Source: Polyangiales bacterium (GTDB taxonomy: Bacteria; Myxococcota_A; Polyangia; Polyangiales; Ga0077539). Taken from it: 64,000 nt of DNA. Each line of letters opens with the position of its first letter. The stretch's first letter is position 1. Below the pieces are notes generated by a model. That model ran no database searches. It had not been told where the DNA came from and worked only from the letters and a program-made list of their open reading frames with translations. The stretch lies in the NCBI GenBank assembly GCA_044229975.1, contig JBGARZ010000007.1:256001-320000 (forward strand), given 5' to 3'. Below are positions 9,191 to 18,472 of this stretch, in pieces. The position numbers and the translations under genes are program-made.

Positions 9191-9826
9191 ATGCCTGAGG
9201 CGCTCGTCCGACCCTACGTCGCCGTCTGGATCATCGCTTCCATCCTCGCTCTCGTCCTCGTCGCGCGCTCGCCCTCCACCTTCGCCATCACCCGCCGCGC
9301 CTACTGGCGATTCCTCCTCGCGCCGTGGCGCGTCGCGACCGGCGCCATCGCCACCGCCTTCCTCGTCCTCGCGCCACCCTACGCTGGCGACCCCACCTGG
9401 GACGCCTGGGTCGGCCTCCTGATGGCGTTGCCCACCTTCGTCACCGCCCCGTGGAGCGTCGGCGCCCTCTGGCGCGTCGCCCGCCGTCGTCTCCCACTCG
9501 CCAACGCCTACGTCGCGGCCTGCGCGTGGATGCTCTCCGCCAGCTGGGGCTACGACCTCTACAACCTGCTCCGTCACCGCGCCTATCCCGCGAGCTGGGC
9601 CGCCAACCTCGCGGCCTCCTCCGTCCTCTACGCCGCCGCGGGACTCTGCTGGAACCTCACCGTCGTCGACGGCGTCGGCGTCACCTTCGCCTTCCTTCGC
9701 GACGACTGGCCCGCCGTCACCGAGGCCCACCGTGGCACCGCGCGACTCGCCGCGTACGTCGCTGTCTTCGTCGCGCTCGTGGCCGCGCTGCTGCTCCCCT
9801 TTGTCATCGACGCCATCCGCTGGTGA
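9191..9826 (+). CDS. Integral membrane protein, unknown function
   Basis: Multi-TM portion of ORF 8885..9826 from ATG 9191; high GC3; motifs PYAGDPTWD and APWSVG. Confidence 0.75.
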   Translation: MPEALVRPYVAVWIIASILALVLVARSPSTFAITRRAYWRFLLAPWRVATGAIATAFLVLAPPYAGDPTWDAWVGLLMALPTFVTAPWSVGALWRVARRRLPLANAYVAACAWMLSASWGYDLYNLLRHRAYPASWAANLAASSVLYAAAGLCWNLTVVDGVGVTFAFLRDDWPAVTEAHRGTARLAAYVAVFVALVAALLLPFVIDAIRW

Positions 9827-9945
9827 CGCCTCCGTCGTTCTCCAGTGTTCCAGCGTTCTCACGAACGCCGGTCCCTCGCACACGGGTACCGCTGCTGCCC
9901 CGGCGGCTTGCCTCGCCTCGTCCCGTTGAACGATCCTCCGCGCCC

Positions 9946-12033
9946 ATGACCGATCTCGTGGTGATGGCGGGGGAGCTACAAGACGACTACGCCCGGCAGC
10001 GGGCCGACCTCCGGGTCGATGCGCCGTGGTTCGGCGTGTACGACGCCGAGGTGCGCGGCAAACGCTTGCGCTACCGCGTCGGCGAGTGCCGCAACATGGA
10101 CTACCGCATCGTCGACTGGCGGTCGCCCATCGCGCAGCCCTACTACCGCACCGACCCCGGCGACGAGTACGAGGTCGAGGCCACGCACAACACCGTGCGC
10201 GTCGAAGGAACCCTCCACGCCAAGGCCGCCGTCGTCGCCGACCGCTCGCAGCTCACCCGCGTTCAGGTGGTCGACCGCGACGGCCGCCACGCCCTCGTCT
10301 CCGAGCACGGCCGCTTCTCCCTCGCGGTCGGTCCGAAGCCCCCGTCGAGCCTCGCGGGTCTACCGAGCCTCGCCGCCCTCCTCACCGGCGCGCAGTACGA
10401 GCTCATCACCCGCAGCCGCGATCGGCCCGTCATCATCCAGGGGCGCGCAGGCTCGGGGAAGACCTCCGTCGCGCTGCACCGCGTGGCCTGGCTCACCTAC
10501 GCCTCCGACGACCCCACCGCGCCGCCGCCCATCGCGCAGGAGCGCGTGCTGGTGGTGATGTTCAACAAGGCGCTCAGCCGCTTCGTGGCGTCGTCGCTGC
10601 ACGAGCTCGGGCTCGACAACGTGGCCATCGACACCTTCCACGGGTGGGCGCTCCAGCGCATCCGCGACGCCTACAAGGGCAAGGTCGAGCCGCCGCCTCC
10701 GGGCGACATCGAGGGCCACGCCGTGGCCGCCGCCATCAAGAAGCGCCTCGGCACCTTGCGAGCGCTCGAAGCCTTCGTGGCGCGCCAGGAGATCGCCCTC
10801 GTCACATGGCTCACCGGCCGCCTCGAACCCTACGAAGCCCTCGACGTCGTCGAGCGCTTGAAGACCCTCACAGGCCCGGTCGTCGGGCGCGTGGCGACGC
10901 TCCGCAAAGAAGCGCGGGCGGCCCTCACCGAAGCCCGCGGTCGCGACGCCGAGCGGCGCGCGCAGGTCTTCGAGGTGCTCACGCAGGCCCTCGCTCGCAT
11001 GCGTCGGTACAAGGAAGACCTCTACAAGTTTCTCCGCAGCGGCGACCTGCTCGCCGAGCACCTGCCCGACGTGTCGGCCGAAGACCTCGCGGCCCTCGCG
11101 GACTACCAGCAGGCGCTCCAGAGCCGTGACGGTGTGGCGCGCAAACCAGGGCCGTACGTCGGTTGGGAGGACCTCGCGCTGCTCACGCGGCTCATCCAGT
11201 TGAAGAATGGTGGCTTCCCCGACAAGGACGACGACGAGCGCGTACTGCTCTACGACCACGTCGTCATCGACGAGGCGCAGGACTTCGGCGCGGTGGAGCT
11301 GCGGGTGATGTTCGGCGCGGCGCGCGATCGGCGGGCCATCACCATCGTCGGGGACGTGAACCAGAAGATCGTTCCGACGGCGGACTTCATGGGCTGGTCG
11401 GCGCTGGCGAAGGAGCTCGGCGTCGACGGCGGCGAGGTGGCGCGGCTGGAGGTGGCGCACCGCGCGACGCAGGCGATCATGGACGTGGCCGACTCGCTGG
11501 TGGAGGGAGAGCCCACCGTGGGCGCGCGGGCGGGACGTCGCCCGCGGTTCTTTCAGGAGGCGTCGGCGGACGGGGTGTTCGACCGCGTGCTGCGCCTCAT
11601 CGACGACCACGTCGAGCGCGACGAGGCGGCCCACCTGTGCGTGGTGTGCGCGCGTCGCAAGGAGGCGAAGGCGCTGGCCGAGCGGCTCCAGAAGCTGCTC
11701 GACGGCGTGTCCGAGGTGCGCGTCGGACACAACGAGCAGTTCGTGTTCGGGCGCGGCGTGACGGTGACCAACTACCACCAGGTGAAGGGGTTGGAGTTCG
11801 ACGCGGTCATCGTGGTGGAACCCGGCGCCGACAGCTACCCGATGACCGACGCGGGACGCGGCGCGCTGTACACGGTCTGCACGCGAGCGCGCGAGCGGCT
11901 CGATCTGGTGGGAAGCACCGCGCTGACGGGCCTGCTGGAAGCGGCTGCGCGGTCGGGCGCGCTGGAGAGGGTGGGGGCGCCGGAGGTTCCGGCGGCGACG
12001 TTCAGCGAGGAGGAGCAGGAGGAGCCGTTCTGA
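9946..12033 (+). CDS. HelD-like SF1 (UvrD-family) ATPase
   Basis: PWFG, IVDWRSPIAQPYY, Walker A GRAGSGKTSVALHRVAWL, VIDEAQD, VGDVNQ, VKGLEFDAV, LYTVCTRA. Confidence 0.8.
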   Translation: MTDLVVMAGELQDDYARQRADLRVDAPWFGVYDAEVRGKRLRYRVGECRNMDYRIVDWRSPIAQPYYRTDPGDEYEVEATHNTVRVEGTLHAKAAVVADRSQLTRVQVVDRDGRHALVSEHGRFSLAVGPKPPSSLAGLPSLAALLTGAQYELITRSRDRPVIIQGRAGSGKTSVALHRVAWLTYASDDPTAPPPIAQERVLVVMFNKALSRFVASSLHELGLDNVAIDTFHGWALQRIRDAYKGKVEPPPPGDIEGHAVAAAIKKRLGTLRALEAFVARQEIALVTWLTGRLEPYEALDVVERLKTLTGPVVGRVATLRKEARAALTEARGRDAERRAQVFEVLTQALARMRRYKEDLYKFLRSGDLLAEHLPDVSAEDLAALADYQQALQSRDGVARKPGPYVGWEDLALLTRLIQLKNGGFPDKDDDERVLLYDHVVIDEAQDFGAVELRVMFGAARDRRAITIVGDVNQKIVPTADFMGWSALAKELGVDGGEVARLEVAHRATQAIMDVADSLVEGEPTVGARAGRRPRFFQEASADGVFDRVLRLIDDHVERDEAAHLCVVCARRKEAKALAERLQKLLDGVSEVRVGHNEQFVFGRGVTVTNYHQVKGLEFDAVIVVEPGADSYPMTDAGRGALYTVCTRARERLDLVGSTALTGLLEAAARSGALERVGAPEVPAATFSEEEQEEPF

Positions 12034-12058
12034 CGGGGCGCGCGATATAGTCCGCGCC

Positions 12059-13525
12059 GTGACACCAGAACACCTCGACGTGATCGTCGTCGGCGCCGGC
12101 CTCTCGGGCATCGGCGCGGGGTACCACCTCCAGCACAACTGCCCCGGCAAGACCTACGCGATCCTCGAAGGTCGCGAGCGCCTCGGCGGCACCTGGGATC
12201 TGTTCAAGTACCCGGGCATCCGCTCGGACTCGGACATGTACACGCTGGGCTACTCCTTCCGCCCGTGGACCAACCCCAAGGCCATCGCCGACGGCCCCGC
12301 CATCCTCGACTACGTGCGCGACACGGCCGAGACCTTCGGCATCGACCAGAAGATCCGCTACGGCCTGCGCGTCGAGCGCGCGAGCTGGTCGAGCGCCGCC
12401 TCCCGCTGGACCGTCGAAGCCCGCGAAGTGTCTTCGGGTGAGGTGCGCCAGTTCACCTGCAACTTCCTCTTCATGTGCGCGGGCTACTACGACTACGAGG
12501 GCGGCCACTCGCCCGACTTCCCCGGTCGCGAGCGCTTCGCCGGCCGCGTCGTCCACCCCCAGCACTGGCCCGACGACGTCGACTACGAAGGCAAGCGCGT
12601 CGTGGTCATCGGCAGCGGCGCCACCGCCGTCACGCTGGTGCCCGAGCTCGCCAAACGTGCGTCGCACGTCACCATGCTCCAGCGGTCGCCCACGTACGTC
12701 GTCTCGATGCCCGCGCGCGACCCCATCGCCAACGGCCTGCGCGCACGCCTCCCGCTCCGCGCCGCCTACGCGCTCACCCGCGGCAAGAACATCACCCTCA
12801 GCATGGCGTTCTACGAGTTCTGTCGGCGGCGCCCGGCGGTGGCGAAGAAGCTGCTGCTGCGTCGCGTGAAGTCGCTGCTCAAGGGTGCTTCGTCGATCGA
12901 GCATTTCACGCCCAGCTACAACCCGTGGGACCAGCGCCTCTGCCTCGTCCCCGACGGCGACCTCTTCGACGTGCTGCGCTCGGGCAAGGCTTCGGTGGTG
13001 ACCGACCACATCGAGACCTTCACCGAGAAGGGCATCAAGCTGCGCTCGGGCGAGGAGCTCGAAGCCGACCTCATCGTGACGGCCACCGGCCTGAAGCTGA
13101 AGTTCCTTGGGGGCCTGGAGATGGAGGTCGACGGCCAGCGCGTCGAGCCGTCCAAGACCATGACCTACAAGGGGATGATGTTCAGCGACGTGCCCAACCT
13201 CGCCATCGCCATCGGGTACACCAACGCGTCGTGGACGCTGAAGTGCGACCTCACCTGCGAGTACGTCTGCCGACTGCTCAACCACATGGACAAGCACGGC
13301 TACGCGCGCTGTGTTCCGCGCCGCAACGACGCGTCCGTGCAGGAGGCGCCGCTCTTCGACTTCTCGTCGGGCTACGTGCAGCGCTCCATCGCCAACTTCC
13401 CCCGACAGGGGACCGTCGCCCCGTGGAAGCTCTACCAAAACTTCGCGCTCGACACGATGACGCTGCGCCACTCGCCCATCGACGACGGCACGATGGAGTT
13501 CACGAAGGGCGCGGCGACCTACTGA
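12059..13525 (+). CDS. Flavin-containing Baeyer-Villiger monooxygenase, EthA-like
   Basis: GAGLSG, GGTWDLFKYPGIRSDSDM, FAGRVVHPQHWP, IGSGATAVT, GYTNASWTLK. Confidence 0.93.
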   Translation: MTPEHLDVIVVGAGLSGIGAGYHLQHNCPGKTYAILEGRERLGGTWDLFKYPGIRSDSDMYTLGYSFRPWTNPKAIADGPAILDYVRDTAETFGIDQKIRYGLRVERASWSSAASRWTVEAREVSSGEVRQFTCNFLFMCAGYYDYEGGHSPDFPGRERFAGRVVHPQHWPDDVDYEGKRVVVIGSGATAVTLVPELAKRASHVTMLQRSPTYVVSMPARDPIANGLRARLPLRAAYALTRGKNITLSMAFYEFCRRRPAVAKKLLLRRVKSLLKGASSIEHFTPSYNPWDQRLCLVPDGDLFDVLRSGKASVVTDHIETFTEKGIKLRSGEELEADLIVTATGLKLKFLGGLEMEVDGQRVEPSKTMTYKGMMFSDVPNLAIAIGYTNASWTLKCDLTCEYVCRLLNHMDKHGYARCVPRRNDASVQEAPLFDFSSGYVQRSIANFPRQGTVAPWKLYQNFALDTMTLRHSPIDDGTMEFTKGAATY

Positions 13526-15188
13526 GTCGGCGGCAGCGGGTGGCGGCCCCGCCACTGGTTGTCGGCGCGGCTGATGCGGCCGCTGGCGTCGAGCTCGTAG
13601 ATTCCGTCGGTGTCGGGGCCCCCGAGCGAAGAGTTGAGGTTGAGCGCGCGGCCGAAGTCGAAGCCCGGTGGGCTGTCGACGAGCTGCGACCACGAGCGCG
13701 CGGACAAGCGCCAGACGTCGTTCCAGCGCGCGGTGGAGTTGGGGTCGTCGATGAGCCCTAGCACCGTCACCGGGTCGCCCGGCGTGGGGTGGTGGGTCCG
13801 GTAGAGCATCTCCTTCCAGAGCGGATATTGGAGCGCGCAGGTGGACTCCATCACCACCAGCAACGACGAGCCGAAGCGCTCGGGGTTGAAGGGCCACGGC
13901 TCGCCCAGGCGAGGCCGCTCGGACGACGCGACGCGCACGACGTTGACGGTCGCGCCGGTGTAGGCGATGGCCCCGCCGCGCCGCCGGTGAGCGCGGGGCT
14001 GCCGGGGAAGTGGACGAAAGCCCCCGGCGCGATGGTGGTCGCTCCGATCGTCATGGGCACGCGCCCGACGTTGCGGGCGGGGATCTGCAACGTCCGGTCG
14101 GAGCTCACCGCGTAGCCGCGGGCGGTGTCCGGCACGGTCGCCTCGCCGCTGGGGTCGAGCTCGAACTCCGACACGCTGCGCCAGTCGAGCACCAGCGCGC
14201 GGCCGTCGCGCAGCGCCACGTCGAGCACGCCGTACTCCGCCGGGACGAAGCCGAAGGGGCGTTCGTCGCCAGCGCGCCGGTCGAAGGCGAACGCCCCGGT
14301 GGTGGCGCCGACCAGCAGGGTGGCGTCGTCGAGGTCGACGCTCGTGACCACGGCGGGCGGCCGCAGGCGCCATGCGATGGCGTCGGAGCCCGGGTCGACG
14401 CGCGCCACGCCCGCAGACCCGAGGGCCGCGAAGAGGGCGCCGTCCCGCCAGCGCCCGCCGAGGAGGGGACCGTCGACCGGGACCTCGCGGACGAGCGCCG
14501 CGCCCTGGTACAGGGAGAGCCGACCCGTCACTGCGTCCCAGGCCGCGAGGTGGCTCGCGCCGTCGCCGACGAGGGTGCGAAACGATCCGCGCGCGACGAC
14601 CCGGCGCCGCGACGCATCGGGCGCGCCGTCGGGCCCGACCGGGAGGAGTTCGAGGGTGTCGTCGGCCGTGGCGATCCACAGCCCGTCGGCCTGACGGACG
14701 ACGTCGAAGACGCCGCGGTGGCTGTCGGCCGTCGCGGTGAAGCGACCGGCGGACGTGCCTCGCACGAGGTCGACGAACTCGACGGCGTTGCTGCCGTGCG
14801 CGCCGCAGACGACCAGCGAGCCGCTGAGCGTTCCGACGGTGCAACGCGGAGCGTCCAGGCCCGCGACCGTCTCGACGAGGAGGGCCCCGTCGCGCTCGGT
14901 GACCCTCTGAACGTCGATGCTGTTGACGACGACGAGCTCGGCACCGCGGGCGAGCAGGCGGGTGCCGTGGGGCGTTCCGTTCCTGCTGTTGAGGAGGGCG
15001 ACGCCCCGCCGCCGCCGCATGCCCGGTGTCCGACTGACGGCCGCGTCGGGGGCGTTTACTCCGCGGGGGTTCTGGTCGGGGCCACCGCCGCACTGCCAGG
15101 CCAGGGTGAGCAGCGGCCACGCGAGGTAGCGCGTTCGTCGCCCCCGGCGGGCGTCGGTGGTCTCCGCGTGCGGCTTGTGGTGATCCAT
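13519..15188 (-). pseudogene. Frameshifted exported protein: beta-propeller-like repeats + Ig-like segment + degenerate thioredoxin/redoxin-like domain
   Basis: N-part is in ORF 13851..15194 and C-part (AIAYTGATVNVV...LGEPWPF...LLVVMESTC...YELDASGRI) is in ORF 13519..15120. One extra G near the C4 run at 13971-13974 would join them. Confidence 0.65.
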
Positions 15189-15254
15189 GGGCAAGCGCGC
15201 ATCACACCACGGAGACCACCCGGGGCACAGTGCGCTGTGCGGTCCGCGACCCCG

Positions 15255-16004
15255 CTACTCCCGCGTCGGCGCGCGCATCGGTCGCCCGTTGGTGATGAGG
15301 AAGCGCCACACGCCCGGCTCACCCACGTTGGAGGTCCGGCACAGCCGCAGGATGTTGGCCGTGCGCGAGCCCGGCAGCACCCGCGAGTCGCGCCGGTTGC
15401 CCGCGTCGAAGCCGGCCTGACCGGGCGTTCCGCCGCGGCCGTTGGTGCCGCCGCTCGCGTCGCCCGTCGTCCACTCGCAGCGCGCGTAGCGGAACTCCAC
15501 CTCGAACTGCCCCTCGTCCATCTCGGCCCCGCCGCGCAGGATGATCTGGAAGCTGTTGAGCTTGTCGACGTGCGAGCCGAAGTACCCGACGTTGTGCCAG
15601 GTCACCGTGACCTGCCCCGGGCGAACGTCCCACCACACGCCGTTGCGCGACGGTCGGCCTTCGCCGCGGGTGTCCACGTCCGCCCAGAAGGCCGCGATCA
15701 TCGGCTGGTCGGCGATGGGAAACGGCGTCGGCGTGTACTGACCCACCGCGCCGCGGAAGGTGATGTTGCCGTTGTTGTTGACGAAGATGCTCGAGTAGGT
15801 GCCGGCGAAGTAGCGCAGGCCACCGGGGAAGGCGTGTGACACGTCGATGGCCGCCGACGAGCTGTCGTCGTTGTAGTCGAGAAACTGCGTCCCGAAGCCA
15901 GCGGGCCCACCGAGGTCGCCGATGAGGTCGACCGCCGCCGCCGTCCCCGGTGCTGCCGCCACCGCGAGCCCTGCTGCCACCACGACCGTCGCCAGCGTCT
16001 TCAT
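15255..16004 (-). CDS. Secreted nidogen-like (NIDO) domain protein
   Basis: Signal peptide; NDDSSS, IFVNNNGNITF, MIAAFWADVDTR, VTWHNVGY, NSFQIIL, SNVGEPGVWRF. Confidence 0.88.
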   Translation of the reverse strand: MKTLATVVVAAGLAVAAAPGTAAAVDLIGDLGGPAGFGTQFLDYNDDSSSAAIDVSHAFPGGLRYFAGTYSSIFVNNNGNITFRGAVGQYTPTPFPIADQPMIAAFWADVDTRGEGRPSRNGVWWDVRPGQVTVTWHNVGYFGSHVDKLNSFQIILRGGAEMDEGQFEVEFRYARCEWTTGDASGGTNGRGGTPGQAGFDAGNRRDSRVLPGSRTANILRLCRTSNVGEPGVWRFLITNGRPMRAPTRE

Positions 16005-18472
16005 GTCGCCTCTCCCTGCTCCGCGTCCTTCCGACGCTTCTTCGCCCCGCGCGGAACCCGCAACGCCACCACCCCCAACAGGTACGCCACCAGCGCGCCG
16101 ACGAGCAGCGGCAGCCGCATCTCGCGCATCACCCGCTCGGCCTGCACGTTGGCGAGCGCTTCGTCGAGCCGCGCGATCACGCGCCCTCCGCCCGCCCGCG
16201 CGATGGCCGCCAGCGCCGGCTCGTCCGGCCCAAACGCCCGCAGCTCACTCGGATACGGAACCTCCGCCCCCGCCGCCACCGTGGCCTCGCGCGAAGCGGG
16301 CATGCGCGCGTCCACCACGAAGCCTTCGCCGAGCGCCACGCTCGCCGTCCACACGCCCGGCGCGCTCGGATGAACGGCGACCCGCACGCCCTCCGCGAGG
16401 CCGCGCGAGAGCGTCACGATGGGGGCTACGTCGCTCGCCACGGTGGGTGCCACGACGGAGATACGGCGCACGTCGGGGCGCGCATTCACCGGCTCGACGT
16501 GCAGCTCCAGGTTGTCCTCGCCCTGCGGCCGCAGCATCTCCCAGGCCATCTGCGAGAAGAGCCGACGGAAGCCCGGGCCCGCGCGCCACGCGTTGGCCCA
16601 GCGGCTCGACGTGGCGGTGGTGAGCGACGCCACCTGACCGAGCCCCACGAACCAGTGCGCGAGGATGGGTGACCCGTCGGGTGCGGTCATCAGCGTGAGG
16701 GCGCCGGGCCGCGACTGCGCGACGGTGAAGCCGAGGATGGGCGGATCGCTCGCCGGGTCGACGCCCTCCATGAAGCCCATGCGCGCCCGGACGACGGGGC
16801 GAAACGGCGCCTCGCGCGACGGCGGCGGGGACCGAAACTGCGCCTCACGCACGAAGAGCGTGGGCAGCGAGGTCGACGAGCTGGTGACGTGGTAGCGGCC
16901 GCGGCCGATGCGGGAGATGTCGCGCATGAGCGCGATGCGCGGCCCGAGGGTGATGGCCGTGACGGTGGCGCCCGTCGCCCGCAGCGCGTTGGCCGCGGCG
17001 ATGGCGGGACCGGGGTGGCTCTCTCCGTCGGACATGAGGATGACGTGGTGCAGGTAGCGGTCGTCGCGCGAGACGATGCCCGCGGCGGCGTTGAGGGCGG
17101 CGGCGAGGTCGGTTCCGCCGGAGGCGCGGATGCCGGCGATGGCGTTGGTGATCTGGGCGGACTCCGTCATGGGGACCGGGGCGACGACGAGGTCGGCATT
17201 GCCCGAGAAGGCCACCACGCCGACGCGAGAGTCGGGGCGCAGCGCGCGCACGGCGGCGATGCCGGCGGCGCGGGCGTTGACGATGCTCGGGCCCATCATG
17301 CTGCCCGATCGGTCGATGACGAGGATGAGCTCGATGGGCCGGGGCTCGGGGACCGCGCGCGGCGGCATGATGGGCTCGATCTCGCGCACGATCTCGGGCT
17401 CGCGACCGACGCCGTGCATCCCGGTGGTGGTGAGCAGGCCGCCGCCGCGCTCCTCGACCCAGGTGCGGAGGGCGCGCTGCTGGTTCTCGGCGAGCGAGGT
17501 CATCACGATCTCGTCGAGCACCACGTACTGGTAGCGATCGAGCCCGTTGACGTCGGACGGAACCTCCTCGGGGCTCGCCTCGTCCACGTGCAGGTGGCCC
17601 TCGCGGTACACCGCCGCCAGCGCGGGAGACGTTCCCTGGAGCTCGTGCACCAGCAGCACCCGCGGGGGAGACACCACCCGCACCAACGAGCGCCAGGTGT
17701 TGTTCTGCGCGATTGTGTCGCCCTCGGCCGTCGCCGTGACGCGCACCTCGTGCACGCCTTCATCGGGGAAGGTCACCGCCACGTCGTGCACGCTCGACCC
17801 GGCCGCGACCTCCACCTGCCGCGTCGCCACGCGCTCGCCGTCGCGCGTCACCTGGAGCTGAACGCTCCGCCCCGCCGCCGCGAAGAGCCGCACCCCGACG
17901 CTCACCTCGCGGCCCGCGCGCACCAGCCGCGGCGTCTCGATGCCGCTCACGGCGACGGCGTCGACCAGCGGCCGCGCCCCCGTCGGCAACACGAACACCT
18001 GCACCCCCGCCCGCCGCGCCCGGTCGGCCGCGCCCACCACGTCGCCGCGGGTCTCGCGCCCGTCCGTCGCCAGCACCACGCGCCGCACGCGCCCCGTCGG
18101 CAGCAGCGCCGTCGCCGTCGCTACCGAGCGCTCCAGGTCGCTCTCCGTCGCCGTCGGCAGCTCCATCCACTGCACATCGTCGCGCTCGATGGCCCGCCGC
18201 GGCGTCGCCGCCCGCGTGGCCGTCACCTCGCGCGGCGACACGCTCGCCGATCCGTCGACCGCCAGCGCCACCGCGAGCTTGCGCGTCGACCAGCGCACCC
18301 GCGCGTCGGCCACCGCGAGCACGATGAGCGCCGCCGCGAGCATCCGCGTCACCGTCGCAAACGCCAACCGCCAGCGCGTCGCCTCGATGCGCGTGCGCCA
18401 CGTCGCGAGCGCGATCACCGGGCACACCAGCAGCGCCCACAGAAGCCAGGGCTGTCCCACCGAGAGGTTCAT
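16001..18472 (-). CDS. Membrane-anchored vWA domain protein with Ig-like and GATase1-like domains
   Basis: N- and C-terminal TM; first vWA DGSAS...LATDG; second vWA with intact MIDAS DRSGSM, GGTD, ILMSDG; HWFVGLGQV. ATG 18472 overlaps the upstream stop. Confidence 0.85.
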   Translation of the reverse strand: MNLSVGQPWLLWALLVCPVIALATWRTRIEATRWRLAFATVTRMLAAALIVLAVADARVRWSTRKLAVALAVDGSASVSPREVTATRAATPRRAIERDDVQWMELPTATESDLERSVATATALLPTGRVRRVVLATDGRETRGDVVGAADRARRAGVQVFVLPTGARPLVDAVAVSGIETPRLVRAGREVSVGVRLFAAAGRSVQLQVTRDGERVATRQVEVAAGSSVHDVAVTFPDEGVHEVRVTATAEGDTIAQNNTWRSLVRVVSPPRVLLVHELQGTSPALAAVYREGHLHVDEASPEEVPSDVNGLDRYQYVVLDEIVMTSLAENQQRALRTWVEERGGGLLTTTGMHGVGREPEIVREIEPIMPPRAVPEPRPIELILVIDRSGSMMGPSIVNARAAGIAAVRALRPDSRVGVVAFSGNADLVVAPVPMTESAQITNAIAGIRASGGTDLAAALNAAAGIVSRDDRYLHHVILMSDGESHPGPAIAAANALRATGATVTAITLGPRIALMRDISRIGRGRYHVTSSSTSLPTLFVREAQFRSPPPSREAPFRPVVRARMGFMEGVDPASDPPILGFTVAQSRPGALTLMTAPDGSPILAHWFVGLGQVASLTTATSSRWANAWRAGPGFRRLFSQMAWEMLRPQGEDNLELHVEPVNARPDVRRISVVAPTVASDVAPIVTLSRGLAEGVRVAVHPSAPGVWTASVALGEGFVVDARMPASREATVAAGAEVPYPSELRAFGPDEPALAAIARAGGGRVIARLDEALANVQAERVMREMRLPLLVGALVAYLLGVVALRVPRGAKKRRKDAEQGEAT

